Shown here piece by piece: positions 26,812 through 38,619 of a stretch of 64,000 nt of DNA. Where the stretch lies: positions 434,001 through 498,000 of the forward strand of contig JAIVFI010000018.1 in the NCBI GenBank assembly GCA_025558095.1. Direction: 5' to 3'. The notes beneath the pieces were generated by a model that worked only from the letters and a program-made list of their open reading frames with translations, had not been told where the DNA came from and did no database searches. Made by a program: the position numbers and the translations under genes. Each line of letters starts with the position of its first letter. Position 1 is the stretch's first letter. The DNA comes from Hyaloraphidium curvatum SAG 235-1. Lineage: Eukaryota; Fungi; Monoblepharomycota.

Positions 26812-28083
26812 ATGGTCGGTGGCTCGGAGGCTCCGGAAACCCCACGTTGACCCCGTGTCTTCGACCGGAACCGTTCAGACCATCTTCCGACCCTGCATTG
26901 ATATCGACCAAGGACAGGTCACCGTCCGGCAGTACCTCTACGATGCGCCGGGGGCCACGGTGCACCACGGCAAGCCCGTCGACCGCGACATCAAGAACGC
27001 GGGGCACTACGCCGCGCTGTTCAAGTCGCACGACCTAAAGGTACGCCGCACGGCCTGCGCGCACCATGCTGCGCCCGCTGAACCTAGCATTGCGGCCAGC
27101 ACGGGCACGTGTACAAGCACTCGGCCAACTGCGACGAGGCCGCCCTCGAGGCACTGCGAACCTGGCCAAAGGCGTTCCAGCTCGGCGGCAGCATCAACCT
27201 GCAGAACTGCCAGTCGTGGTTGGACGCGGGGGCGTCCAAGGTGATCCTGCGGAACGAGCTGTACCCCGATGGGCACTTTGACGAGGACCTGCTCCGGCGG
27301 ATCTCGGAAAAGGTCGGGACGGAGAACCTGGTCGTTGACGTGACGTGCAGGAGAAAGGGCTACGAGGACTACTGGATCGCGCTCAACAAGTGGACCTCGT
27401 TCGCGAACCAGAAAGTCACGGAGGACTCCCTGACCACCCTCTCCTCGTACTGCTCCGAGCTCATCTTCCACCCCGCGGACGAAAGCGGCCGCCAGACCCG
27501 CGTGGACACGGACTTCATCGAGATGGTCCACAAATGGACGGGCGTCCCCTCGCTCTACGCGGGAGGATGCCGCTTCAAGCAGGACCTCGTGCTGGTCGAG
27601 CGGGCCTCGGACCAGCTCATGGACGTCACCTTCGGGTCCGCGCTGGACGTGTACGGGGGGACGACCGTCACGCTCGCGGAGCTGGTGGCGTGGAACAGGG
27701 ACGTCATGTCGGGGAGCCACGAGAAGAAGAAGGACGCGTACCACCGGCCTTCGCTCTCTGGGGACGAGCTGGAGATGGAGCTGACGAAGTTCAGGGCGGG
27801 CGTGAACTCCACAAAGGGTTGGTCCCGCTGTGCAAGCTGCGAATGGGCCTTTTTGACCCTCCGATCGCCAGGTTCGGGCCTCTTGGCCGCACCGGGGGCC
27901 AGCCTCGCGCACGCCGCGACCGCGCCACCCGACGTCCACCTCACAATGCAGATCCCCACCCCGAACTCTTCCCAGCCGGCGCTGGCGCCGCAAACGCAGG
28001 CGAAGGTCCCCGCGCAGGCGGCACCTGCCGCACCGAAACCCGGCTCCGAGGACCGCAAGAGCGGAGGTTGCTGCAACTGCTGA
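26812..28083 (+). CDS. Divergent HIS6-like (ProFAR isomerase, TIM barrel) protein with a P/A/Q linker and C-terminal GGCCNC
   Basis: ATG|intron 26815-26878|TIFRPCID; FQLGGSINLQNCQSWLDAGASKVI; LVVDVTCRRK; ALNKW; HPADE; YAGG; DVTFGSALDVYGG; introns 27041-27099 and 27818-27871. Confidence 0.85.
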
Positions 28084-28223
28084 TATTCAATCCATCGTGC
28101 CTATTACATTCTAAAGTGTAGACAAAGGAGATGCCCAGATGATGCCACTAGACTGCTCTTGGTCAGACGTTGTTCCAATTCACACACCCCTCCCCGCCCG
28201 TCTCCCCAAGCTCCACGAGCTTG

Positions 28224-29408
28224 CTAGACATTGTTCCAATCCACGTCCCCCTGCCGCCCATCTGCCTCCAGCTCGACGAAACAGAGGTCGCACACCCGCT
28301 GGGGGCCGGAGGCTGTGTACTTCAGACGCAGCTTGGCCTTCTTTGTGCTGTGGTCGTGGCACACGAAACGACCGCAGTTCGGGCACTCGTACCGCGGCCA
28401 CAAGAAATTGAAGACTGCGCCGCAAACGGCGCAAAAGTCGCCGACCGGCCGCGTGGTCCGCATTTCCGTGGTCGTCTTTTCGACCCGCGTCTTCATCCGC
28501 GTGAGCTGTCCCCGGATACCCGTATCGGCGGCCTCGTCATGGGGAGGCTCCTCCTCGACCACGTCCCCCATGTTCTGCACGTCCTGGCCGTGGTCCGCGT
28601 TCCATTTGAGGATCTGGGCCAGGGTCACGCCCGAGCCGCCGTAAACGTCCAGGGCGCTGCCGATCACCAGGTCCAGCTTGGAATCCGAGAGGCGGTCCAC
28701 GAGCTCCAGGTCGGCGAAGTTGCGGGCCCCGCCGGCGTACGTCACGGGCACCGTGGCCCACTGGGCAAGTTCTGCCACGAAGAGCCGTCAGCCGAACACG
28801 AAGGCCACCGATCCGCCCGACAACCCACTGCGAACGAGCTCCTCGTCGATCTGGACCTGCTTGCCGTTCTCGTCCGCGGGATGGACGAGGATCTCGGAGG
28901 CGAAGCTCGAGAGCACCAATATCGAGTCCTCGTTGATCTCCGTCTCGGTGATGGTCTTCCAGGAATTCAAAGCGTAGAACCACTTGGTCTCCCCGTCCTT
29001 GTTGACGCGGCGGCACGAAATGTCCACGACGAGCTTGTCCGGCCCCACCGCGGCGCTGATGGCCCGCAGCCGCGGCTCCGAGAACCGCCCGTCGGGAAAG
29101 AGCCATCCCCTCACGATGACCTTGTCCGCCCCGGCCTCCAACCACCCCTTTGCGGTCTGGTCCGTCACGTCACCCGCCAGCTGGAACCCTCCGGGCCAGT
29201 GCTTGAGGACGCGCCTGGCGACATCGTCGTCTGGGCCGTGCAGGAACACGTGACCGCCCGTCAGGTTGTGCTTCTTGAACAGCTCGGCGTAGAAGAGCGG
29301 GTCCGTTGAACGCGGTTCGGGTTTCTTGGCGCCACCATCGCCAAAGACGGCCTTTCGGACCGCGACTTTGCCGTCAATCACATCGATTGACGGCCTGAAG
29401 ATGGTCAT
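28224..29408 (-). CDS. Divergent HIS6-like TIM barrel fused to a C-terminal FYVE-like zinc finger
   Basis: MTIFRPSID, WLEAGADKVIV, LVVDISCRR, HPADE, YAGGA, DLVIGSALDVYGG; intron 28772-28828; CAVC...F...RYECPNCGRFVCHDHS...RVCDLC. Confidence 0.85.
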
Positions 29409-29442
29409 CCCTGGAAGACGCGGCCGGACGGTGTACGAGAGG

Positions 29443-32195
29443 TCAGGGTCCGGTTGATCGGCGTGGCGCTGACGACATCAGCGTTCCAAGGTCGCCCCTC
29501 GCCCTGCGCAAAAGATCATCCAGCTCGTTCAAGAGACCTTCGGAAGCTTGGCTCCTCCCGATTCGTCCATCGGGTTGCGCCGGAAGCGCGTCGTCGAGGT
29601 CGAGGCTCGTCAGGTGCATCGCCCGATCGCGGTAGAACATCACGTCTCGTTGCGCCTCCACAAGCGCCTGCTGGAACTGCCTGCGATCTCTGATCCTGCT
29701 GGTCAAATGCGATCGCACCTCGCGTAGACGCCTTTGCATCTCCGAGAGGGCCGCTTGAGCCTCGCTCTTGTCCCTCATCGCAGCGTCCAGGCTCGTTCGC
29801 GCGTCCGAGTTGTCTTCCGTAGCCCATTTTAGCCGCTGGTGCAACCCGACAAGGTCCGATTCGAGACCGGCGCAGCCGCTTTGTGCCGACAAAAGCGTCT
29901 GGTCCAGGTCCGCGCTGGCAGCGGCCACGTCGTCCGATCGGGCCCGGAGGTCCGCCTGCAGACCCGCAAGCTCGACAGCGAGGCGGCGATTTTCTTGCTC
30001 GGCCTCTTCATTCGATGTCTCCAGCTTTCGTTTCTCTTCCTTGGCTTGCTCGATATCTCCCTTGACCGCATCCACCGCCTGGCGCAGCGCTCCGCAAGTG
30101 CCCGTGATCGCGGCTACTTCGGTGACGGCGTCCTCCACCCTGCGCCGCGAGGCTTCCAGCTCGGCCGCCTGGGCTTTCTCCTCAACGCGGAGCTTCTCGA
30201 TCCTGTCCAGCTGTTGCTGCCTCTGGGCTCCCAGCTCCTTGGTGCGGCTTCTCAGGGCGTCCTCGGCGGCCCTGGCAGATTTCTCGGCGTCTGCGGCCTT
30301 TTTCTTCCACACGTTCTCGATATCCTCGACGACCCGTTTCCGCGCTTCCGCAGATGCATCCGCCGCCTTGCGTGCGGCGTTGCCCGCCTCGGTGCTGGCC
30401 GTCTTGATTGCCTGCAGATCCCCCTGCAGCGTCCTGACCTCCCTATCGAGCCCCTCCACGGTCGCTTTGAGCGACTTGTTCTGCGACCGGAGCGCTGCCG
30501 CCGCGGGCTGGCCGGCGTCCACCTGCGCCTGCGCGGCCGAGATGGCCTCTTGCAGGGTAAACACCAGGCCCTGGTGGTGCACGAGGTCCCTGTCGCGCAG
30601 CTGCCTGGCGTCCTGGATGTGGTTCTCTGCCGTGGTGCGCGCGAAGCGGTGGCGGTCGGCTGTTTGCTGGGCGGCCTCGTTCTCCTGGGCGATCTTTGGG
30701 GACTCGTACTCGAGCGCCGCGAGCTCCTTTTTTGCCTCGTCGGCGAGCTTCGTCAAGTTCCTGACCCGCTCCTGCAGCGCTTCACGATCGCGGCTGAAAG
30801 CCTGCTGGGCCGACTCGAGCTCCCGGCGGAGATTGGAGGACTCTCGTTCCAACGCCGCGAGCTCCTCGTCCCCGGCGATCTTTGCCGATGACAGCTCGGC
30901 CCTCTTCTTGGAGAGTGCGAGGCACTCCTGCTCGAGGTCCGCGACTTCCTGCTCCAGAGCACCCGTGGCTGCGTCTAGGGATCCGAGCTGCGACCGAAGG
31001 TCCTTTTCCCTGGCATCCGCAGCATCCTTTGCAGCGGCGAGCTGCCTCTTCTTTTCCCGCAAGGCTGCAAGCTCGTGCACCGTTTCTCCCAGCCTCGTAG
31101 TCGCCACACGTGTCGCTTCGTCGGCCCGCCTCTGGAGCCGAGTGTTGTCCGCCCGCAGCTCCGCGAGGTGCTCCTCCGACTGGATCCGCTGCAATACCGC
31201 CTCCTCCAGCTTGGCGGTCACATCCTTCAGGCACACCCTCCTCTGATCCGCCTCGCTTTCCAGGGCTTGGATCTGCGCCTTGGCCTCCCTTGCGTCCCAC
31301 TCGCCCGCGGCCAGGGCCCCGAGCCAGGCCTCCCACGCGTCTCGAACCGCGCCAAAACCGCGGATGAACGCGGCAACCTCGTCCCCGTACCTCTCTCCCG
31401 CATCCCTATACCCCGAAATGCACGCCGCGAGCCGCTCCCTGAGCCCTTGCAATCTCCTCCTCTCCTCCCTCAGCTCCGCCGCCCGCCCCGCCAGCTCCGT
31501 CCTGAGCGCCGAGAGCTCCCCCTCCCTGCGCGCCAGGATCGTGCGGTACAGGCTGCCCCCTTTGGCCGGGTCCGCGGCGCCGCCAATCCCGGGCGCGTGC
31601 AGGCCCTGCATCCGCGCAGCCTCGGCCTTCTCCCGCGCCTCGGAATCGCGCTGGCGCGCAAGCATCCAGGCTTCCTTGTCGTTGGTCTCTTCCGGTGTCA
31701 TGAGGGGCACTTCCTTGGTAGGATCCGCGAGCGGCGGCGAGAAGGATGGCGGAACCGGGGCGTCGAGGTTGGGAGGTTCAAAGTCAGGCGCTGCCAGCGG
31801 TGCCCGGTGGGCGCAGTGGCCGTGCACGGCCAGCAGCGATGCATGGCAGCCGGTACATATGCCATCGGGGGGCGGCTGCGGCCCGCGGTGGGCCAGCAGC
31901 GAGGGGAAGCGGTGGGGCGGGGGCGGCACGAAGGGCGGCACGGAGGTGGGATCGGGCGGCGCCTCGGCCCGCGGGCCGGGCGTCGGGCACGGCGTTGCCG
32001 CCACGGAGCCGCGGTCGAGCGTGAGCAGCACGGCGTCGACACTGCGGGGCCGCTGCGGGCGGCGCTGAATGGGACGGTGGGCGTTCAGTTTCGGATCCGG
32101 GTCGGGGAAGCACGGCCGACCTGCGTAGGCGGCGCAGCAGTCCGCTGGACGGTGCCGGATGCCTGGCGGCCGCGCTTATGAGCGGCAAAGGCCAT
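29443..32195 (-). CDS. Long coiled-coil protein (about 900 aa), family unassigned
   Basis: More than 700 aa of A/E/L/Q/R/K heptad-like sequence; Pro-rich N-terminus with a CTGCH..HGHC cluster; putative first exon from ATG 32195. Confidence 0.7.
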
Positions 32196-32267
32196 GGCCG
32201 ACCCGCAATTCCGGGAATGCAAAGAGGGGTCGCGGTTATCTCTTGGGTCCCCGAATCCCGGGCGGAA

Positions 32268-33961
32268 ATGGCTCCTGCCGCCTGGAAAGCAATCGCCGCG
32301 AAGTACGAGGAAAAATTCCAGCTGCTCTTTGTCGTCGGCGCGCATGAAGACCCGTCCGCGGTCTCGAGCGTCTCGGCGGTCTCGGACGGCTTCTTCGCGT
32401 CGGACGCCGACACGCTAGCGGAAATTGCGTGCGAATGCGGGCTCGATCTCCTCGGCGACCCCGGCCAGCCGATTCCCGCGGCTGTTGCGCCGCTGCACGC
32501 CCTGCACGCGCTGTTGCGGCTCGGGGAATCTGCGGCACGGACCGCACCCACCGTTGCGCGCCGCACATTACTTGCTCACGAGGCGCGGGGAGCGAGTACG
32601 TGCCGGACTGCCTGTACGATGCGCTCGCCGCCGCGTTGCTGGGCTTCGGCCCGGCGGCGGCGGTGCCGGCGATCGCCGCGCAGCTCTGCGCCTATGCGGA
32701 CGGTTCGGACCCCGAGGTCGCCGCCAACGACGAGGCCACCGAAGGCGTCTCCACCCTCGCGTGGACGATCGTGACGGCCGCTCTCGAATCGGGCGACGTC
32801 GGGCTGTGCGACGCAGCCGCGGCGGCGCTGGTCCGCGTGCTCTCTGCCGAGGTCTCCAGGAACCCGAGGGGGTTCTGTGCCCACCACATCGCCCGCTCGC
32901 TCTCGGTCATGCTTTTTCTCCCGTCGGTGCGAACGCCACAAACCCTCGCCCTGTTCCGGGCGTGCGGTGGGACCCACCTGGACCTACAATGGTACGAGAC
33001 CCTCGCCTCGGCCGGCCTGCGTGCGGATCCGACGGACCCGCTGCTCGCCGATGCGCACCGCCCGACTCAGGAGCAGGTGAATGGATTCTGGACTGCGCGC
33101 CGCCGGCCGACAGATCCCCCGGGGCCGCCGTTCTACGGAGAAGGGAGGGAGGTGCCGGCGGGGTGGGCCGTCGCGAAGCGGTGCGCCGCTGGGCAGTGCA
33201 AATCCACCGGGGCGGGAAACATTGTGCAACAGATGTGGGCGAGGTACAGCGTGGCCCCGGAAAAGCTACGGTCGTGCGCAAAGTGCAGGTCCGTGGCGTA
33301 CTGCAGCGCCGCGTGCCAGCGCTTCGATTGGGGCACCGAGCCGGCGACGGAGGTTTCGGCCTTCGGGGTGCCGATCGAGGGGCCGCTGACGAGGCTCATC
33401 CGGCCGAACCCGCTAAGGGCGCCATGGAGGCCTTGGAGAGCGGACATGTGCCACAAGTGGCAGTGCAAGCTGAGCGCGAGGTCCTCGGGCTGGCGAACAA
33501 GGCCGGCAAGGCGAAATCGGCGGCGCAGGATGTCGATGATGTGCTGCCTGCCTTGCCGAGCGGATCCGCCGTGGATGGAGGCGTAGATGAGGAGGGACCT
33601 CTGGCGACGCAGGCTCAGCCCTGAGCTTCGCGCCGTCCTTGTAGCAGCGGGAAATACTGAAGCGAACGAAAAGCGTGTCCGACGACGTCGATCCGGACTC
33701 GTACCGGAATGCCGAGCGGAGGTACGGCGCCTCATGGGCGGAGGCTTCGTGTACGGAACCTTCTTCCTGGACGGCAACCTTTCGCCTGCGGAGCGACTGG
33801 TTGCGTACAACGATCGGATCGGACGCAAAGGGGACGCGCGGATCGAGGCCCGGGACCTGATCGCCAACCAGAACATCGCTCTTGCGAAAGAGCGCTCCAC
33901 GACCTCGCGCAAAGATTCTGACGATGACGATTCCGACACGGACTCCGACACGGATGCCTGA
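32268..33961 (+). CDS. MYND-type zinc-finger protein (3' structure uncertain, possible frameshift near 33472)
   Basis: CAAGQC...CAKCRSVAYCSAACQRFDW...HKWQC; helical N-terminal region. Confidence 0.65.
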
Positions 33962-34459
33962 GTGCACGCGGCTTCAAGAGGTTGGTAAGCCAAGTCGCCG
34001 AGATCGGGATCCATCTGACTTCCTCCTGACACAGTTGAAGCAATCTCGGTGGATAGACGATAGACGGATGGTGCGGTGCGGAGTATAGAAATGATGGCGA
34101 TAGACATGGATTCGCGATGATGGAGCGTCCTGTGTAACACACCTGTGTCGCGGTGACCGTCCGATCGTCCCGGTTCTTCGTTGCCATGAAGCCGAGGGAA
34201 GCGATGGAAGGGCACAATGGATAGGGATAGGCACGACGCGATACGGGCAAAGAAAAGAAGGGTAAAGGCGCGTGTCCCTCGGTACATCTCCCAGGACACC
34301 TCATCCCAACGATCCCCGAGCTGACTTCTCCAGCAAGCACGTCCAGAAAAACGTGCGGCAAGCATCGCTAGGCGTGCCCTGCGTGTCCTTCCTTCCTAGG
34401 CGCCCGGAGTCGTGTTGTCCCATCCCCCACCCCCGCCCGACGGATCCCGCACCTCTCCG

Positions 34460-35536
<1,077 letters not shown>

Positions 35537-35653
35537 TCACAGTAGCGCCGGGAGTCCCCGACGCGGATTCGACGCGTCCGGTTTAGCGCCTCCTGGAGGC
35601 CTAAAACGCGTTCCTATTCAATTTAAACCGTGCATCGATCGTAAGCGCCGGCC

Positions 35654-37243
35654 ATGGACGTGGAGCTGGAGGAACCCGAGCCCGCCGTGGAGGCCGAAAT
35701 GGAGCCGGCCGACGACACGGTCCCGGAGGACATCGAGCTCGTCGAGCCCGAAAACACGCCTCCGGCAGAGGAGCTCGCGGCTGAAGGGCTCGTGGAGGCG
35801 GATGCCGCCGACGCCGGCGATGCGGGGGATGCCGCGGTCGACGCGCCTCCACCGCCCGAGGACGACCCTGCGATCGTCGTGGACGACGACAGCGGCGGCG
35901 AGGCCGACGCGCGCGCGGAGGCCGAGGTGCGCGTCTTCACGGCATCGGCCGGCCGCCAGGACCCCGACCTGGAGGACTACGAGTCGGACATGCCTCCCGA
36001 CGCCGCCGACGACGAGGACCCGCTGGTCGCGGCCCGCCCGTCGGTCCCGCGCGCCAGGCCGCCGCCCCCGCCGCCGACCGACCTGCCGTGCCTGATCCTC
36101 GAGTACGCCGACGAGCTCTACACGGTGCTCGCCCCGCCGCACGAGGACCACCCTGTGTACGAGCAGTTCCGCGACCTGGAGCCCGTGCTCGACGGCCGCG
36201 CGGACCTGTACGAGGGCCCGCTCACGGGCTTCCTGTTTGCCCTCAAGGACGAGTTCGGGATCAAGGACGTCGACGTGACGGTCGAGTTCCCGGAGCTCAA
36301 CCTCTCGTTCGGCCAGGTGCGCCGATCGAAAGCCCCTGGCCAAACCCTCTCCTTACCTTTTTCCCCTGCAGGACTCCAAGTACCTGTCCCAGGCCAGGCT
36401 GTCGCACCTCCAAACCTTCCACATCGCCCTAAACCTCTCGCGCGGCCTCACCGCCGCAGCGGACATGTACCCGCTCAAGGTGACGCTGCTGGAGCACCGC
36501 ACGAGCTTCGAAAAACAGTGGGCGAAGCTGCTCGAGATGAGCAGGATGGGTGGGTGCGCCGCCGTTGGTGGTCGAGCGCTTTGGCTGATGGGGCTTGATC
36601 GCCAGGGATGTCGAGCGAGAACCCGATCGTGCTGGATTCGGACGAGGAAGAAGGGGACGGAGCGGGACCGGCGGGGCCGGCGGAAGAAGAGGAGGAAAAG
36701 GGCGGCGAAGGGCTGTTTGCGCGATCGTCGCGGCCCGCTGCCGCGGGCGAGGAGGAGGAGGAGGAGGACCTGCTCGCGAGCGACGAGGGCGGCGATGCGC
36801 CCGCCCCTGCCCCCGCGCGGGAGCCGGAGCCGGAACCCGAGCCGGCGGACGAGGAGGAGGACGAGCTGGCGGCGACGGCGCCGCTGGGCGGCCCCGGGGC
36901 TGCGGGGGAGGAGGAAGGGGGCCTTGCGCCGAGCGAGGCGGCGGGGATGGGCGCCGATCCGGCGGATCTGGGGTTCCCAGAGGCGGAAGAGGGCGGCGAG
37001 GAGGAGTTTGGCGGCGGGTTCGGGGATCTGGGGGAGGATCGCGCGTCCGCAGGGGAGCCGCGGTCCGCGGCCGAGATGGAGCCGGCTTCGTTCGCGACGG
37101 CGGACGAGGACGTGGAGGGCGCGGAGGGTGGCGGGGCCAAGCGGCCCTTGGAGTCGGAGCAGGACGAAGTCGGAGAGGAGGCGGAAGCCAAGAGGCGGCG
37201 GACCGAAGGAGGAGAAAACGGCGATGGCGTTGCCGACGGGTAG
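35654..37243 (+). CDS. Highly acidic protein with a central fungal domain (DUF2420-like, tentative) and C-terminal NLS
   Basis: D/E-rich ends; core LILEY..LYEGPLTGFLFALK..VEFPELNLSFGQDSKYL...PLKVTL..TSFEKQW; AKRPLE...AKRRR. Confidence 0.6.
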
Positions 37244-37377
37244 GTCTTGTTCTTTAGACATGTAGCGTGGTCCGAATGTAGCAGTTCGTAGCGACGGCCA
37301 CAGTCGTGTCGGAAGATGACCATGGGTATTCTGCGTTGCCGCCATACATATCCGGCCGCGGCCCTGGCACGACCGCC

Positions 37378-38517
37378 TCATCCCGAGCTCTTGAGCAGAT
37401 CGCCCCTGACGATTGTGAAACCCCGCATTTGCTCCAAAGCCTGCATCGAAGTCGCCAAACGTCAGCAAAACTAACTAGTCCGCAGCCCGACCGACAAACC
37501 CACCTGCTCCACCACGCCCTCGCCGTTCGGGCCCCCCATAAAGTTCGGATCCCGCTCGTCCAACCCCCTGCAGCTCTCCAGCTCCTCCAACCGCCCCAGC
37601 GCCCTCCTCCAGAAGATCAGATTGGCCTTTATCAGGGCCTCCACCGACGGGTCCATCGCGGGCACGCGGGCGTCGATGAGGCGGGGGATCTCGTTGAGGA
37701 GGAGCTGGTTCAGGGACTCGTAGGCCTGTCGGTACTCGTGGAGCTTGCCCTCGTTCTGCAAACTGCGATGAGAAGGGGTCGAACGGTGGTCGAAAAAGGA
37801 ACTCACCCGCGGCAGCTTGCTCGCGTCGCTATCGGGCTTCTCGACCAGCTTCCGGACTTTTGCCCGCTGCGCGTCGTAATCCAGGAGCTTTTTCGCGCGT
37901 TTGTCCATAGCCAGCTTGACCTCGGGCAGCGCCGCGGCGAGGTGCTGCATGGGCTCGAGCACCGTGAGCCGGTACGACTCGTCCTGCCCGACCCAATTCA
38001 GCCCCCGCCTCCAGGTCAAACGCGCCCCAAAAGCCCACGAATTCGCTCCGCAGCTGCTCGTCCACCTCCTCTGCCCGCTTCCGGTACTCCATCGCCGCGT
38101 GGCAGAGCTCCTGCTGCGCGTCGTAGAAGGCCTCCACCGCCTCGGCCGCGCTCTTCTGCGACAGCGTGATGGCTGTTTCTCGTCAGCTCCCGCGTCCGCC
38201 CAAGAACTAGGGGGGAAAGGTACCCCGGGTGGAATCCAGCGTCCCCTTGACCTCGCCTGCGAGCCGGTTGACCTTGCTCTCGAAGTTCCGGAACCGCTTC
38301 TCCTCGTCCTCGAACTCCTTGTCCACCGTCTTCTCGACCATGTTGAAGTTTTGCATGATCTGCCGGGGCCGCGGTGAGCCGGAGCTCCGCGGAGCGTGGG
38401 GTGCGAGTACCGAGGTGGTGCCACGATTTATGGCCTTCTTGAACCCTGGGCCGCGAAGAGACGGTGAGAGATGCTAAGGATGAGTACGAGGAGGCAGCTC
38501 CAACCTGACCAGCTCAT
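37378..38517 (-). CDS. N-BAR amphiphysin-like protein (Rvs161/Hob3-like)
   Basis: MSWSG|FKKAINRG, VEKTVDKEFEDEEKRFRNFE, KRAKKLLDYDAQRAKVRKLVEKP..D..KLP, YESLNQLL..EIPRLIDARVP.MDPS; no SH3 seen. Confidence 0.88.
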
Positions 38518-38619
38518 CTTGGCGGTCTCTCCGGGGTGAACGAGGAGGACGAGTTGAAGGGGCGCTGCCAGATCCCTTGATGCCCTACGACGCGTGCAAA
38601 CAGCGCCAGCGCGAGGCCG

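Noticed and set aside
33962-34459. Relatively long intergenic stretch as a possible ncRNA or tRNA locus
   Set aside because: No cloverleaf, A/B boxes or recognisable RNA motif; consistent with two convergent 3' UTRs
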